Sequence record: SRR22947725_5774 | Reading direction: 5' to 3' (one strand) | DNA: 53,065 nucleotides | Part shown: piece by piece, positions 1-9,060 of the stretch | How the letters are laid out: every line of letters starts with the position of its first letter | Numbering within the stretch: the stretch's first letter is position 1 | The notes under the pieces: generated by a model | What the model saw: only the letters and a program-made list of their open reading frames with translations | What the model was told of the DNA's origin: nothing | Databases searched by the model: none | Made by a program: the position numbers and the translations under genes

Positions 1-14
1 TTTTCTTTAGCCAT
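1..14 (-). CDS. tuf: 5' end of probable elongation factor Tu (runs off the window edge)
   Basis: The reverse complement reads ATG GCT AAA GAA AA (MAKE-K/N), the classic EF-Tu N-terminus, with an AGAGGA Shine-Dalgarno just upstream. From recall, a tuf copy lies near parC in roseobacters. Only about 4 codons are visible. Confidence 0.6.
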
Positions 15-143
15 TGTCAAATCCTCTTATCTTTTTTTTGATTTATAAAATCGTTATAGCACTCTAAATTCGGGATATATTTTTTTTGAAAAAAATCAAG
101 GGCCCTATTTAAATTATAAATAAAACTTTGTGATATTTAACTT

Positions 144-2489
144 TTATAAAAATTTATTTTGTTTAGGAAAACCATGCGGCGATTTGCGACCGACCCCAGC
201 TCTTTTTGATAACCATGGAGTCATGTCAATCTGATTTCTATTTTTTCCTCCATCAGTATTCCAGGAAAGACCATCAGACCAATTGAAAGTCGTCAAATCA
301 GAAAGACCTCCATCTAAAGCCAAAGAACCTTGTCGGCCTTTTGAAGAATTATATTTTTGCAACCGCACTCCTTTACCACGATTCATTTCTGGGAGCTCTG
401 AAGTTGAAAAAACTAATAGTTTGCCATTGGTGCTGACTATAGCCACATGATCTCCAGAAACGTGATGACAAATAACTGCGACTGAGTTCTCTTGTAAATT
501 CAAGACCTGTTTACCACTCCTAGTCTGCGCAATTACCTCCGTCTCTTTAACAATAAAACCATCACCTAGACTCGATACCAACAGTAACTTACTCGTCGAA
601 TTATGCACAAAAATATCGACGATAGTTACTTCATTTGGCAGATCTACCATTAATCTAACGGGCTCCCCCATTCCTCGCCCTCCTGGCAGATTAGAGCATG
701 GAATAGTATAAAATCTTCCATTTGAACCAAAAATTAAAATTTTATCTGTTGATTCTGCATGGAATATAAACCCCTTTTCATCACCATCTTTAAACTTTAG
801 GTCTTGACCGAGCTCTATATGTCCACGCAAAGATCTAACCCAACCCATCTTTGAACACACTACGGTCACAGGCTCTTTTTCAACCATCTCCTCAAAAGAT
901 ATTTCCTCAATATCCTTCCTTTTCTCAAAAATTGTCTTCCTAATAGAGTTTATGGAATCAGCAGAAAATATTTTTTTTGTATGTTTTATTTGATCACTAA
1001 TTTCTAACCATTGTAACTCTTCACTATCAAGGAGGTCTTCCAGCGTCACACGCTCTAACATAAGTTTATCTCGTTCTTTGCGTAACTCTAATTCTTCTAG
1101 ACGACGAAGGGACCTAAGGCGCATGTTTAATATTGCATCTGCCTGTAATTCGCTAAGCGAGGGGTCCTTTAACGGAATTTTATGAACTGGAATATAATCA
1201 AATTCAGAAGTCGCTCGTTTAAAATCACTTCCCCAATTTTCTAACATTAGAGCGTCTTTTGGGTCTTCATCGTATCTAATAATATCTATAACCCTATCTA
1301 AATTAAGAAAAGCGACAATAAAACCTTCTAACACTTCTAATCTATGATCGATTTTTTTTAATCTAAATTTAGACCTTCTAATTAATACAACCTGACGGTG
1401 ATCTAGAAATGCCCTTAATAATTCTTTTAATGAACAAACCTTTGGTGTTAAGCCATCGATAAGAACATTCATGTTCATACTAAATCTAACTTCCAAGTCT
1501 GAATGACGAAACATTGTTTCCATTAGGGCTTCCACCGAGATATTTTTTACTCTTGGCTCAAGTACAATTCTTATATCTTCTGCAGACTCATCTCGCACAT
1601 CTCCAAGCGCTGAAACTTTTTTCATCTGTATTAGTTCAGCTATTTTTTCAATAAGTCTAGATTTTTGAACTTGATATGGGATTTCTGTAACAACTATTTG
1701 CCATTGCCCTCTTGGTAACTCTTCTAATACCCACTTAGCTCTCAATCTAATAGATCCGCGACCTACCTTATAAAAGTTTAGTATATTCTCTTTAGGCTCG
1801 ACTATTACGCCTCCAGTCGGAAAATCTGGGCCAGGAATATATTCTGCTAGGGTCTCATCACGAGCATTAGGTGCTTTTAATAAATGCAAGCATGCAGAGC
1901 ATAACTCGATTACATTATGAGGTGGAATGTTTGTCGCCATCCCAACTGCTATGCCACTAGAACCGTTCGCTAGAAGATTTGGAAAGGTTGCCGGCAAAAC
2001 AACTGGCTCTTGTAAAGTTCCATCATAATTATCATGGAAGTCAACTGCGTCTTCAGAAATCCCCTCTAAAAGTAATTCAGCGGCTTTTGTCATACGGGCT
2101 TCCGTATACCTTGGTGCCGCTGGGTTATCTCCATCAATATTTCCAAAATTTCCTTGGCCATTCACTAGTGGGTATCGAACACTGAATTCCTGAGCTAACC
2201 GAGCCAAAGCATCATAAATAGCTTGATCTCCATGAGGGTGGTAGTTCCCCATAACATCTCCAGAAATCTTTGCCGACTTCCTAAATCCACCGATTGATGA
2301 AAGTTTAAGTTCATGCATCGCAAAAAGAATTCTACGATGAACAGGTTTTAAACCATCTCTAGCGTCGGGCAGAGCGCGATTCATAATTGTCGATAAGGCG
2401 TACTTTAAATACCTGTCCCCTATTGCTCTACGAAGAGTCTCTGTAACTTCTGAAGTTTGATCGCTGTGATCGTTAAAATTGTCTGCCAT
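144..2489 (-). CDS. parC: DNA topoisomerase IV subunit A
   Basis: RALPDARDGLKPVHRR, YHPHGD and AAPRYTE (catalytic Tyr) motifs; short C-terminal domain with no GyrA box; RGKGVRLQKY. Confidence 0.95.
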   Translation of the reverse strand: MADNFNDHSDQTSEVTETLRRAIGDRYLKYALSTIMNRALPDARDGLKPVHRRILFAMHELKLSSIGGFRKSAKISGDVMGNYHPHGDQAIYDALARLAQEFSVRYPLVNGQGNFGNIDGDNPAAPRYTEARMTKAAELLLEGISEDAVDFHDNYDGTLQEPVVLPATFPNLLANGSSGIAVGMATNIPPHNVIELCSACLHLLKAPNARDETLAEYIPGPDFPTGGVIVEPKENILNFYKVGRGSIRLRAKWVLEELPRGQWQIVVTEIPYQVQKSRLIEKIAELIQMKKVSALGDVRDESAEDIRIVLEPRVKNISVEALMETMFRHSDLEVRFSMNMNVLIDGLTPKVCSLKELLRAFLDHRQVVLIRRSKFRLKKIDHRLEVLEGFIVAFLNLDRVIDIIRYDEDPKDALMLENWGSDFKRATSEFDYIPVHKIPLKDPSLSELQADAILNMRLRSLRRLEELELRKERDKLMLERVTLEDLLDSEELQWLEISDQIKHTKKIFSADSINSIRKTIFEKRKDIEEISFEEMVEKEPVTVVCSKMGWVRSLRGHIELGQDLKFKDGDEKGFIFHAESTDKILIFGSNGRFYTIPCSNLPGGRGMGEPVRLMVDLPNEVTIVDIFVHNSTSKLLLVSSLGDGFIVKETEVIAQTRSGKQVLNLQENSVAVICHHVSGDHVAIVSTNGKLLVFSTSELPEMNRGKGVRLQKYNSSKGRQGSLALDGGLSDLTTFNWSDGLSWNTDGGKNRNQIDMTPWLSKRAGVGRKSPHGFPKQNKFL

Positions 2490-2629
2490 AAATACTATCT
2501 ATCCAAGGTAATTAGTCCAGTAAAGCTATCCTTTATCATAACTTAGTTTTAACACAAATTTTACTATTTAAACCTCTATTTATCTGTTTTACTAACTCTC
2601 TTAAAAACCTTTCTTACAAAAGGATAATA

Positions 2630-3460
2630 ATGCATAAAAAATCTATATTAATAACAGGGTGCTCTTCAGGAATAGGATATTCTTGCGCGCAAACTCTTCA
2701 TAAACGTGGATGGAAGGTTTTTGCTACCTGTAGAAAACAAAAGGACTGTAATAGACTTAAAGCTGAGGGTATTGAAAGCTTTTTACTTGATTATCAAAAA
2801 GAAAAAACAATAAAGTCAGCATTGCAAAGTTGCCTTGAAGTGACAGGGGGCACTCTTGACGCTATATTTAACAACGGAGCTTTCGCAATTCCAGGCGCTC
2901 TGGAAGACATAAGCACTGGCGCTTTGAAAGATATCTTTCAGTCAAATGTTTTTGGTTATCACGAACTTATACGTTTGAGTCTTCCTATAATGAGGGCGCA
3001 AGGATACGGAAGAATAGTTAACTGTTCGTCTGTTCTAGGTTTTGTAGCTCTTCCATTTAGAGGAGCGTACAATTCAACAAAATTTGCTATTGAAGGCCTA
3101 TCTGACACACTAAGGGTTGAGTTAATTCACTCAAACATTAAAGTTATCTTAATCGAACCTGGCCCAATAACATCTCAGATAAGAAAAAATTCTATACCTA
3201 AATTTGAAAAATGGGTTAAATGGGAGCAGTCTTCTCGGGCTGACGAGTATCGAGAGTTACTTATACCAAGACTATACAAAGGAAATGCGCCCGATTTATT
3301 TGAACTCCCGGCAACTGCTGTCTCCAAGAAATTAATTCATGCCCTTGAGAGTTCCAAACCAAAAACACGTTATTTCGTAACAACTCCAACGTACTTACTG
3401 TATTATTTGAAAAAAATACTACCTACTAAATGGTTAGATCTTTTAATTTCAAAACTTTAA
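2630..3460 (+). CDS. Short-chain dehydrogenase/reductase (YbbO-like)
   Basis: TGCSSGIG Rossmann motif, NNGA, catalytic YNSTK. Confidence 0.9.
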   Translation: MHKKSILITGCSSGIGYSCAQTLHKRGWKVFATCRKQKDCNRLKAEGIESFLLDYQKEKTIKSALQSCLEVTGGTLDAIFNNGAFAIPGALEDISTGALKDIFQSNVFGYHELIRLSLPIMRAQGYGRIVNCSSVLGFVALPFRGAYNSTKFAIEGLSDTLRVELIHSNIKVILIEPGPITSQIRKNSIPKFEKWVKWEQSSRADEYRELLIPRLYKGNAPDLFELPATAVSKKLIHALESSKPKTRYFVTTPTYLLYYLKKILPTKWLDLLISKL

Positions 3461-3523
3461 CTCTATCTGTCAGAAAACTTCTCGGTGAATTAAAAGGTAA
3501 ATATAAAAATTAAAAGGTCACTA

Positions 3524-3730
3524 ATGGTACAAGATCCACTTTTCTTTATAGTTATAATAGCAGCTATCGTAGTCTTAATTATATTATTGATAGGGATTGG
3601 GACTTTTGCTAAAGGTGGCGAATTCAACCGAAAATACTCTAATAAAATTATGCGTTATCGAATAGGGGCTCAAGCTCTTGCAATAATTCTTGTTTTACTA
3701 TTCGTATTAATCAAAAATATTGGAAACTAA
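3524..3730 (+). CDS. Twin transmembrane helix small protein (HIG1/Rcf1-like)
   Basis: 68 aa with two hydrophobic helices flanking SNKIMRYRIGAQ; usual position upstream of pduO-etfBA in alphaproteobacteria. Confidence 0.85.
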   Translation: MVQDPLFFIVIIAAIVVLIILLIGIGTFAKGGEFNRKYSNKIMRYRIGAQALAIILVLLFVLIKNIGN

Positions 3731-3734
3731 TTAA

Positions 3735-4310
3735 ATGGTCACACTAAGTAAAATTTATACAAAGACTGGGGATTCTGGAGAAACCTCGCTCGGAGATGGC
3801 AATAGAGTACCTAAACACTCTTTAAGAGTGTCCGCTTACGGAACCGTCGACGAGACAAATGCTACTGTGGGTCTTGCTAAATTATACGCGGATAGAACAC
3901 TGATATCCACCCAACTTTCGGTTATCCAAAATGATCTTTTCGATCTTGGGGCTGATCTTTGTAGACCTGATCAGGAAAAGGACTCCGAAGCTCAATATCA
4001 GCCATTAAGAATGACTAGAAATCAAGTCAAGAGGCTAGAAACTGAAATTGATCTTATGAACAAAAATATTGAACCTTTGCGGTCATTTATTTTACCTGGG
4101 GGATCAAAACTAGCTGCACATTTACATTTATGCAGAACCGTCGCAAGGAGAGCAGAACGTTTAACTGTTGAGTTATCTAATAATGAGACAGTGAATGCAC
4201 ATTCTATTCAGTATCTAAATAGGCTAAGTGACTGGTTTTTTGTGGCGTCAAGGGTGGCAAATTCTAACGGAAAAGATGACATATTGTGGGTTCCTGGTGC
4301 AAACCGTTAA
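3735..4310 (+). CDS. pduO: PduO-type cob(I)alamin adenosyltransferase
   Basis: KIYTKTGDSGET, FILPGG, RTVARRAER and YLNRLSD motifs. Confidence 0.92.
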   Translation: MVTLSKIYTKTGDSGETSLGDGNRVPKHSLRVSAYGTVDETNATVGLAKLYADRTLISTQLSVIQNDLFDLGADLCRPDQEKDSEAQYQPLRMTRNQVKRLETEIDLMNKNIEPLRSFILPGGSKLAAHLHLCRTVARRAERLTVELSNNETVNAHSIQYLNRLSDWFFVASRVANSNGKDDILWVPGANR

Positions 4311-4470
4311 ATTTATGTGCGCTAAAGAATATTTGATTAATTTTGTTGTTGAAACCGACGCCAAAATCACAAGGCGCGTCGATTTTGTCCTATTGTTTTT
4401 TAAAAAAATTTTGTAAACAAATATTATTCAGGTTAAAAAAAGCTTGGTTATTTATAAGGGGTTACCATTA

Positions 4471-5232
4471 ATGAAGGTGATAGTACCAGTTAAACGCGTC
4501 ATAGATTACAATGTTAAAGTCCGTGTAAAAGCAGATGGATCAGGTGTCGATCTCACCAATGTCAAAATGTCGATGAATCCTTTCGACGAAATTGCTGTAG
4601 AGGAAGCCATAAGACTTAGAGAAGCAGAAAAGGTTACTGAAGTAATTGCCGTGTCAATAGGAGTGAAGCAAAATCAAGAAACCTTGAGAACAGCTTTAGC
4701 CATGGGTGCAGATCGAGCTATATTGGTCATTGCGTCAGAAGATGTGCATCAAGATATAGAACCCCTTACAGTGGCTAAACTTTTAAAAGAAATTGTCACA
4801 GAGGAAGCCGCTAACCTAGTGCTGTGTGGCAAACAAGCAATTGATAATGATATGAACGCAACAGGGCAAATGTTATCTGCCCTTTTAGGTTGGTCCCAAG
4901 CAACATTCGCATCCGAATTAAATATTGAGGCAAAAAATGCAGTGGTTACGAGAGAGGTGGATGGGGGTCTTCAATCAATAAAAGTATCCCTTCCTTCAGT
5001 CGTAACTGTTGATCTGAGGCTTAATCAACCCAGATACGCATCTCTTCCAAATATAATGAAAGCAAAGAGAAAGCAGTTAGATGAAAAAGTCCCTTCAGAC
5101 TACGGAGTTGATTTGACAGCGCGGCTATCGATTATCAACACCCGAGAGCCAGAGACCAGAAAAGCTGGTGTTAAAGTAGCGTCAGTAGATGAACTACTAG
5201 TAAAACTTAAAGAAGAAGCAGGAGTAATTTAA
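4471..5232 (+). CDS. etfB: Electron transfer flavoprotein beta subunit
   Basis: [34 protein letters not shown] and [13 protein letters not shown]. The ATG at 4471 is preferred to the track start at 4444. Confidence 0.95.
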   Translation: MKVIVPVKRVIDYNVKVRVKADGSGVDLTNVKMSMNPFDEIAVEEAIRLREAEKVTEVIAVSIGVKQNQETLRTALAMGADRAILVIASEDVHQDIEPLTVAKLLKEIVTEEAANLVLCGKQAIDNDMNATGQMLSALLGWSQATFASELNIEAKNAVVTREVDGGLQSIKVSLPSVVTVDLRLNQPRYASLPNIMKAKRKQLDEKVPSDYGVDLTARLSIINTREPETRKAGVKVASVDELLVKLKEEAGVI

Positions 5233-6159
5233 ATGGCAGTCCTTCTCATAGCAGAGTTATCAAATAGTGAGTTAGCTGAAGATGCCACTGCAAAAGCATT
5301 AACAGCTGCAAAAAAAATGGGTGATGTTACTATTCTATGTGCAGGCGAAAACACCGAGAATGCTGCAAAGTCTGCTGCAAAACTAAGTGGAGTCGCAAAA
5401 GTATTATATGCTGAGTCCTCATCCCTCGGTCATGACCTGGCTGAACCTATTTCTGATTTAATTATATCACTTTCAGATAAATTTAGTCATATAGTTGCCC
5501 CATCAACAGCAGGAGCAAAAAATATACTACCTCGAGTAGCAGCGCATCTTGATTCAATGATCATGTCAGATATAACAGCTGTCATTGAACCCGACACTTT
5601 TGAAAGACCAGTATATGCAGGAAATGCTATACAAACAGTGCAATCCATAGATCAAAAAAAAGTTATTACGGTTAGAACCGCTAACTTTGAGGCGACTGAT
5701 CAAAATGGATCCGCTGAAATTGAACAATTATCATCGTCTAATAGCCAACAATTGAGCCAATGGATGGAAGATATGGTAGCAACAAATGATCGTCCCGAAT
5801 TAACATCGGCTGGGAGTGTTGTGTCAGGAGGCCGAGGAGTTGGCTCCAAAGATGATTTTGACCTAATAGAAAAACTAGCCGACAAACTAGGTGCTGCAGT
5901 CGGAGCATCTAGGGCAGCAGTCGACTCTGGCTATGCTCCTAATGATTGGCAAGTTGGTCAAACAGGAAAGGTTGTAGCACCAGATCTTTATGTTGCTATA
6001 GGTATTTCAGGAGCTATTCAACATCTTGCTGGAATGAAGGATTCTAAGGTAATTGTTGCAATTAACAAGGACGAAGAAGCACCGATATTCCAAGTAGCTG
6101 ACTATGGCTTAGTTGGAGATCTTTTTGAACTTGTGCCAGAGCTAATTGAAAAACTTTAA
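5233..6159 (+). CDS. etfA: Electron transfer flavoprotein alpha subunit
   Basis: VVSGGRG, GASRAAVD, QVGQTGK and GISGAIQHLAGMK. Confidence 0.96.
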   Translation: MAVLLIAELSNSELAEDATAKALTAAKKMGDVTILCAGENTENAAKSAAKLSGVAKVLYAESSSLGHDLAEPISDLIISLSDKFSHIVAPSTAGAKNILPRVAAHLDSMIMSDITAVIEPDTFERPVYAGNAIQTVQSIDQKKVITVRTANFEATDQNGSAEIEQLSSSNSQQLSQWMEDMVATNDRPELTSAGSVVSGGRGVGSKDDFDLIEKLADKLGAAVGASRAAVDSGYAPNDWQVGQTGKVVAPDLYVAIGISGAIQHLAGMKDSKVIVAINKDEEAPIFQVADYGLVGDLFELVPELIEKL

Positions 6160-6210
6160 TTCTATCAACTTATTCATAACGCCAAAGTTTTAAAAGTGAA
6201 AGAATCCTAA

Positions 6211-7086
6211 ATGATAATTAAAACTATTGGAATAGTTGGGTCAGGGCAAATGGGTCGTGGAATTGCCCAATCAATGGCGATGGTAGGGTATAAAGTAATA
6301 CTTTCTGACATTTCAAAAGAAGTATTAAAAACAAATGTTGAGAAAATAGTTACAAGTTTAACACGTCAAGTTAAAGATGGAAGAATTTCATTAAATGAAT
6401 GTGAAGAGGCTTTAGATAACTTAAAATCAGCTACAAAATTAGAGACAGTGGCTGGCGCTGACCTTATCATAGAAGCAGTAACTGAAGATGAAGCCGTAAA
6501 AACACTTATCTTTGAAAGCCTAACGCCACATCTAAAAGAGGACACAATTCTGACCTCAAATACATCATCAATTTCCATTACAAGACTTGCATCAAGAACT
6601 GATCGTCCTGAAAAGTTTATGGGGTTTCATTTTATGAATCCAGTACCTTTAATGCAGTTAGTTGAACTAATTAGAGGAATTGCAACTAATCAAGACACTT
6701 ATGACTCATGCCTGTCTGTTGTGGAAAAACTAGGAAAAACTGCCGCTCAAGCAGAGGATTTCCCTGGATTTATTGTAAATCGAGTACTGATGCCAATGAT
6801 AAATGAAGCGATTTATACACTTTTTGAAGGTATAGGCTCAATTAAATCAATTGATGAATCTATGCGTCTTGGTGCAAATCATCCCATGGGTCCACTTGAG
6901 CTTGCTGATTTCATCGGCTTGGATACCTGCCTTTCGATTATGACTGTGTTACATGACGGGCTGGCAGATACAAAATATCGACCCTGTCCACTACTGACTA
7001 AATATGTGGAAGCAGGTTGGCTTGGCAAAAAGACTGGTAAAGGGTTTTATGATTATAGTAAAAACCCAGCCGAACCATCTCGTTAA
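6211..7086 (+). CDS. hbd: 3-hydroxybutyryl-CoA dehydrogenase
   Basis: GIVGSGQMGRG, SNTSSISIT, HFMNPVP and GANHPMGPLELAD. Confidence 0.92.
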   Translation: MIIKTIGIVGSGQMGRGIAQSMAMVGYKVILSDISKEVLKTNVEKIVTSLTRQVKDGRISLNECEEALDNLKSATKLETVAGADLIIEAVTEDEAVKTLIFESLTPHLKEDTILTSNTSSISITRLASRTDRPEKFMGFHFMNPVPLMQLVELIRGIATNQDTYDSCLSVVEKLGKTAAQAEDFPGFIVNRVLMPMINEAIYTLFEGIGSIKSIDESMRLGANHPMGPLELADFIGLDTCLSIMTVLHDGLADTKYRPCPLLTKYVEAGWLGKKTGKGFYDYSKNPAEPSR

Positions 7087-7262
7087 AAATTATTACTTTT
7101 AAAACTTACTTTAATTAATTTCAAAAGCACTTTATCAACATCCCTAATACTTTCTCGGTATACCTTTAAAAGAACCATTAATTCTATCACTAAACAAAAT
7201 TTCTCCGTATGTTTAAAATACCACATAACCACTTGCGGCAATTCAGCCTAATGTTCGACACT

Positions 7263-7296
7263 AACTGTTGACAGTTGAGGCCTTTCATTTTGATAT
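7263..7296 (+). promoter_or_regulatory. Candidate pckA sigma70 promoter: perfect -35 (TTGACA) inside a 14-bp palindrome
   Basis: TTGACA at 7268-7273 lies within AACTGT-TG-ACAGTT (7263-7276). The -10 is weak (TGATAT at 17-bp spacing). Confidence 0.35.
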
Positions 7297-7402
7297 GACA
7301 CGATATAACTTAATACTAGTCGCTCGAGTTTTTTATATTCAAGACATAAACATATTAATCAGCTACGAATAAAGTAAAATTTTAAAGCACTAAGGACATT
7401 AG

Positions 7403-9001
7403 ATGAACCACGGAACATTCAATCTCAAAAAAACAATTGAGTATCAAGGAATTAGAGATCTAAATAACGTGTTTTATAACTTAATGGAACCAGGGTTAAT
7501 CCAAGAAGCAATTCAAAGAGGTGAAGGTGAGCTAGGAAATGGTGGTACCCTACTAGTCACTACTGGAAAACACAGCGGCAGATCACCTAATGATAAGTTT
7601 ATTGTAAAAACAGCAAGTAATGAAAACTCTGTATGGTGGGAAAACAATGCACCCATGACACCAGAGAGCTTTGAGATACTTCATAAAGATATGCTCGCTC
7701 ATATGAAAGGTAAAGATTACTTTGTTCATGACTTATTTGCTGGAGCCGATCCTGAGCACAGGCTTGATGTCCGATTAGTTACCGAACTTGCTTGGCACGG
7801 TTTATTTATTAGACATATGTTGAGAAGGCCTGATTTAAATGAATTAGTGAGATTTGACCCAGAATACACAATAATTAATTGTCCTAAATTTCATGCTAAC
7901 CCCAAGAAGCATGGCTGTCGTTCAGATGTTATTATAGCAATAAACTTTGACCAAAAGTTAATCCTAATTGGTGGAACAGAGTATGCCGGTGAAAATAAAA
8001 AATCTGTGTTTTCTTTATTAAATTTTTTACTACCTGAAAAAGGTATTATGCCAATGCACTGCTCAGCAAATCATGCTCACGATAACTCAAATGATAGTGC
8101 AATATTTTTTGGGCTTTCTGGCACAGGAAAGACAACACTTTCAGCAGATCCTAATCGTACTCTAATAGGGGACGATGAGCATGGTTGGTCTAATAATGGG
8201 ATATTTAATTTTGAAGGTGGCTGTTACGCAAAAACTATAGATCTTGACCCTAAAGCTGAGCCAGAAATTTTTGCGACTACCACAAAATTTGCAACTGTAA
8301 TCGAAAATATGGTCTATGATCCAGTTACCAAAGAGTTGGATTTTCACGATGACAGTATAAGTGCTAATATGCGGTGCGCATACCCGTTAGATTATATAGC
8401 TAATGCTTCTAATAGTTCATTAGCGTGTCATCCTAAAAATATAATTATGCTAACTTGTGATGCTTTTGGAGTATTACCACCAATAGCAAGGCTTTCAACT
8501 GCTCAGGCAATTTATCACTTTTTGTCAGGGTTTACTTCAAAGGTGGCAGGAACTGAAAATGGCATAAACGAACCACAACCAACTTTTTCAACATGTTTTG
8601 GAGCACCTTTTATGCCAAGAAGGCCCGAGGTTTACGGTAACCTTCTACGACAAAAAATTGCTGATAATCAAGCACAATGTTGGCTTGTGAATACCGGGTG
8701 GACTGGGGGTCAATATGGAACTGGTTCGCGAATGCCCATCCAAGCCACCAGAGCCCTTCTATCTGCTGCTCTTGATGGCTCCCTAGGTTCAATGAACTAT
8801 CGTGTCGATAAATTCTTTGGTTTTGAAGTACCAGAATCTGTCAACGGAGTACCAGATAAGTTACTAAATCCACGTGATACATGGGAAAATAAAGAAGCCT
8901 ACGATGATCAGGTGCACAAACTCATAACAATGTTTAATAAGAACTTTGAGCAATACTTGCCCCATGTAGAAGCGGATGTTTGTGATATTGCTTTAAAATA
9001 A
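7403..9001 (+). CDS. pckA: Phosphoenolpyruvate carboxykinase (ATP)
   Basis: [27 protein letters not shown] and [17 protein letters not shown]. Confidence 0.97.
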   Translation: MNHGTFNLKKTIEYQGIRDLNNVFYNLMEPGLIQEAIQRGEGELGNGGTLLVTTGKHSGRSPNDKFIVKTASNENSVWWENNAPMTPESFEILHKDMLAHMKGKDYFVHDLFAGADPEHRLDVRLVTELAWHGLFIRHMLRRPDLNELVRFDPEYTIINCPKFHANPKKHGCRSDVIIAINFDQKLILIGGTEYAGENKKSVFSLLNFLLPEKGIMPMHCSANHAHDNSNDSAIFFGLSGTGKTTLSADPNRTLIGDDEHGWSNNGIFNFEGGCYAKTIDLDPKAEPEIFATTTKFATVIENMVYDPVTKELDFHDDSISANMRCAYPLDYIANASNSSLACHPKNIIMLTCDAFGVLPPIARLSTAQAIYHFLSGFTSKVAGTENGINEPQPTFSTCFGAPFMPRRPEVYGNLLRQKIADNQAQCWLVNTGWTGGQYGTGSRMPIQATRALLSAALDGSLGSMNYRVDKFFGFEVPESVNGVPDKLLNPRDTWENKEAYDDQVHKLITMFNKNFEQYLPHVEADVCDIALK

Positions 9002-9060
9002 CTTAAAATTTTATAAAATTAAAATTACAAACAATAAACCGTATATTAAAAGGTAAAAAA

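Noticed and set aside
1170..1250. Insertion in ParC (ENWGSDFKRATSEFDY...) as a possible intein or novelty
   Set aside because: It is too short and lacks intein motifs. I recall a similar insertion in roseobacter ParC generally.
4228..4416. 62-aa ORF between pduO and etfB
   Set aside because: It overlaps the pduO 3' end out of frame, has no RBS and no motif.
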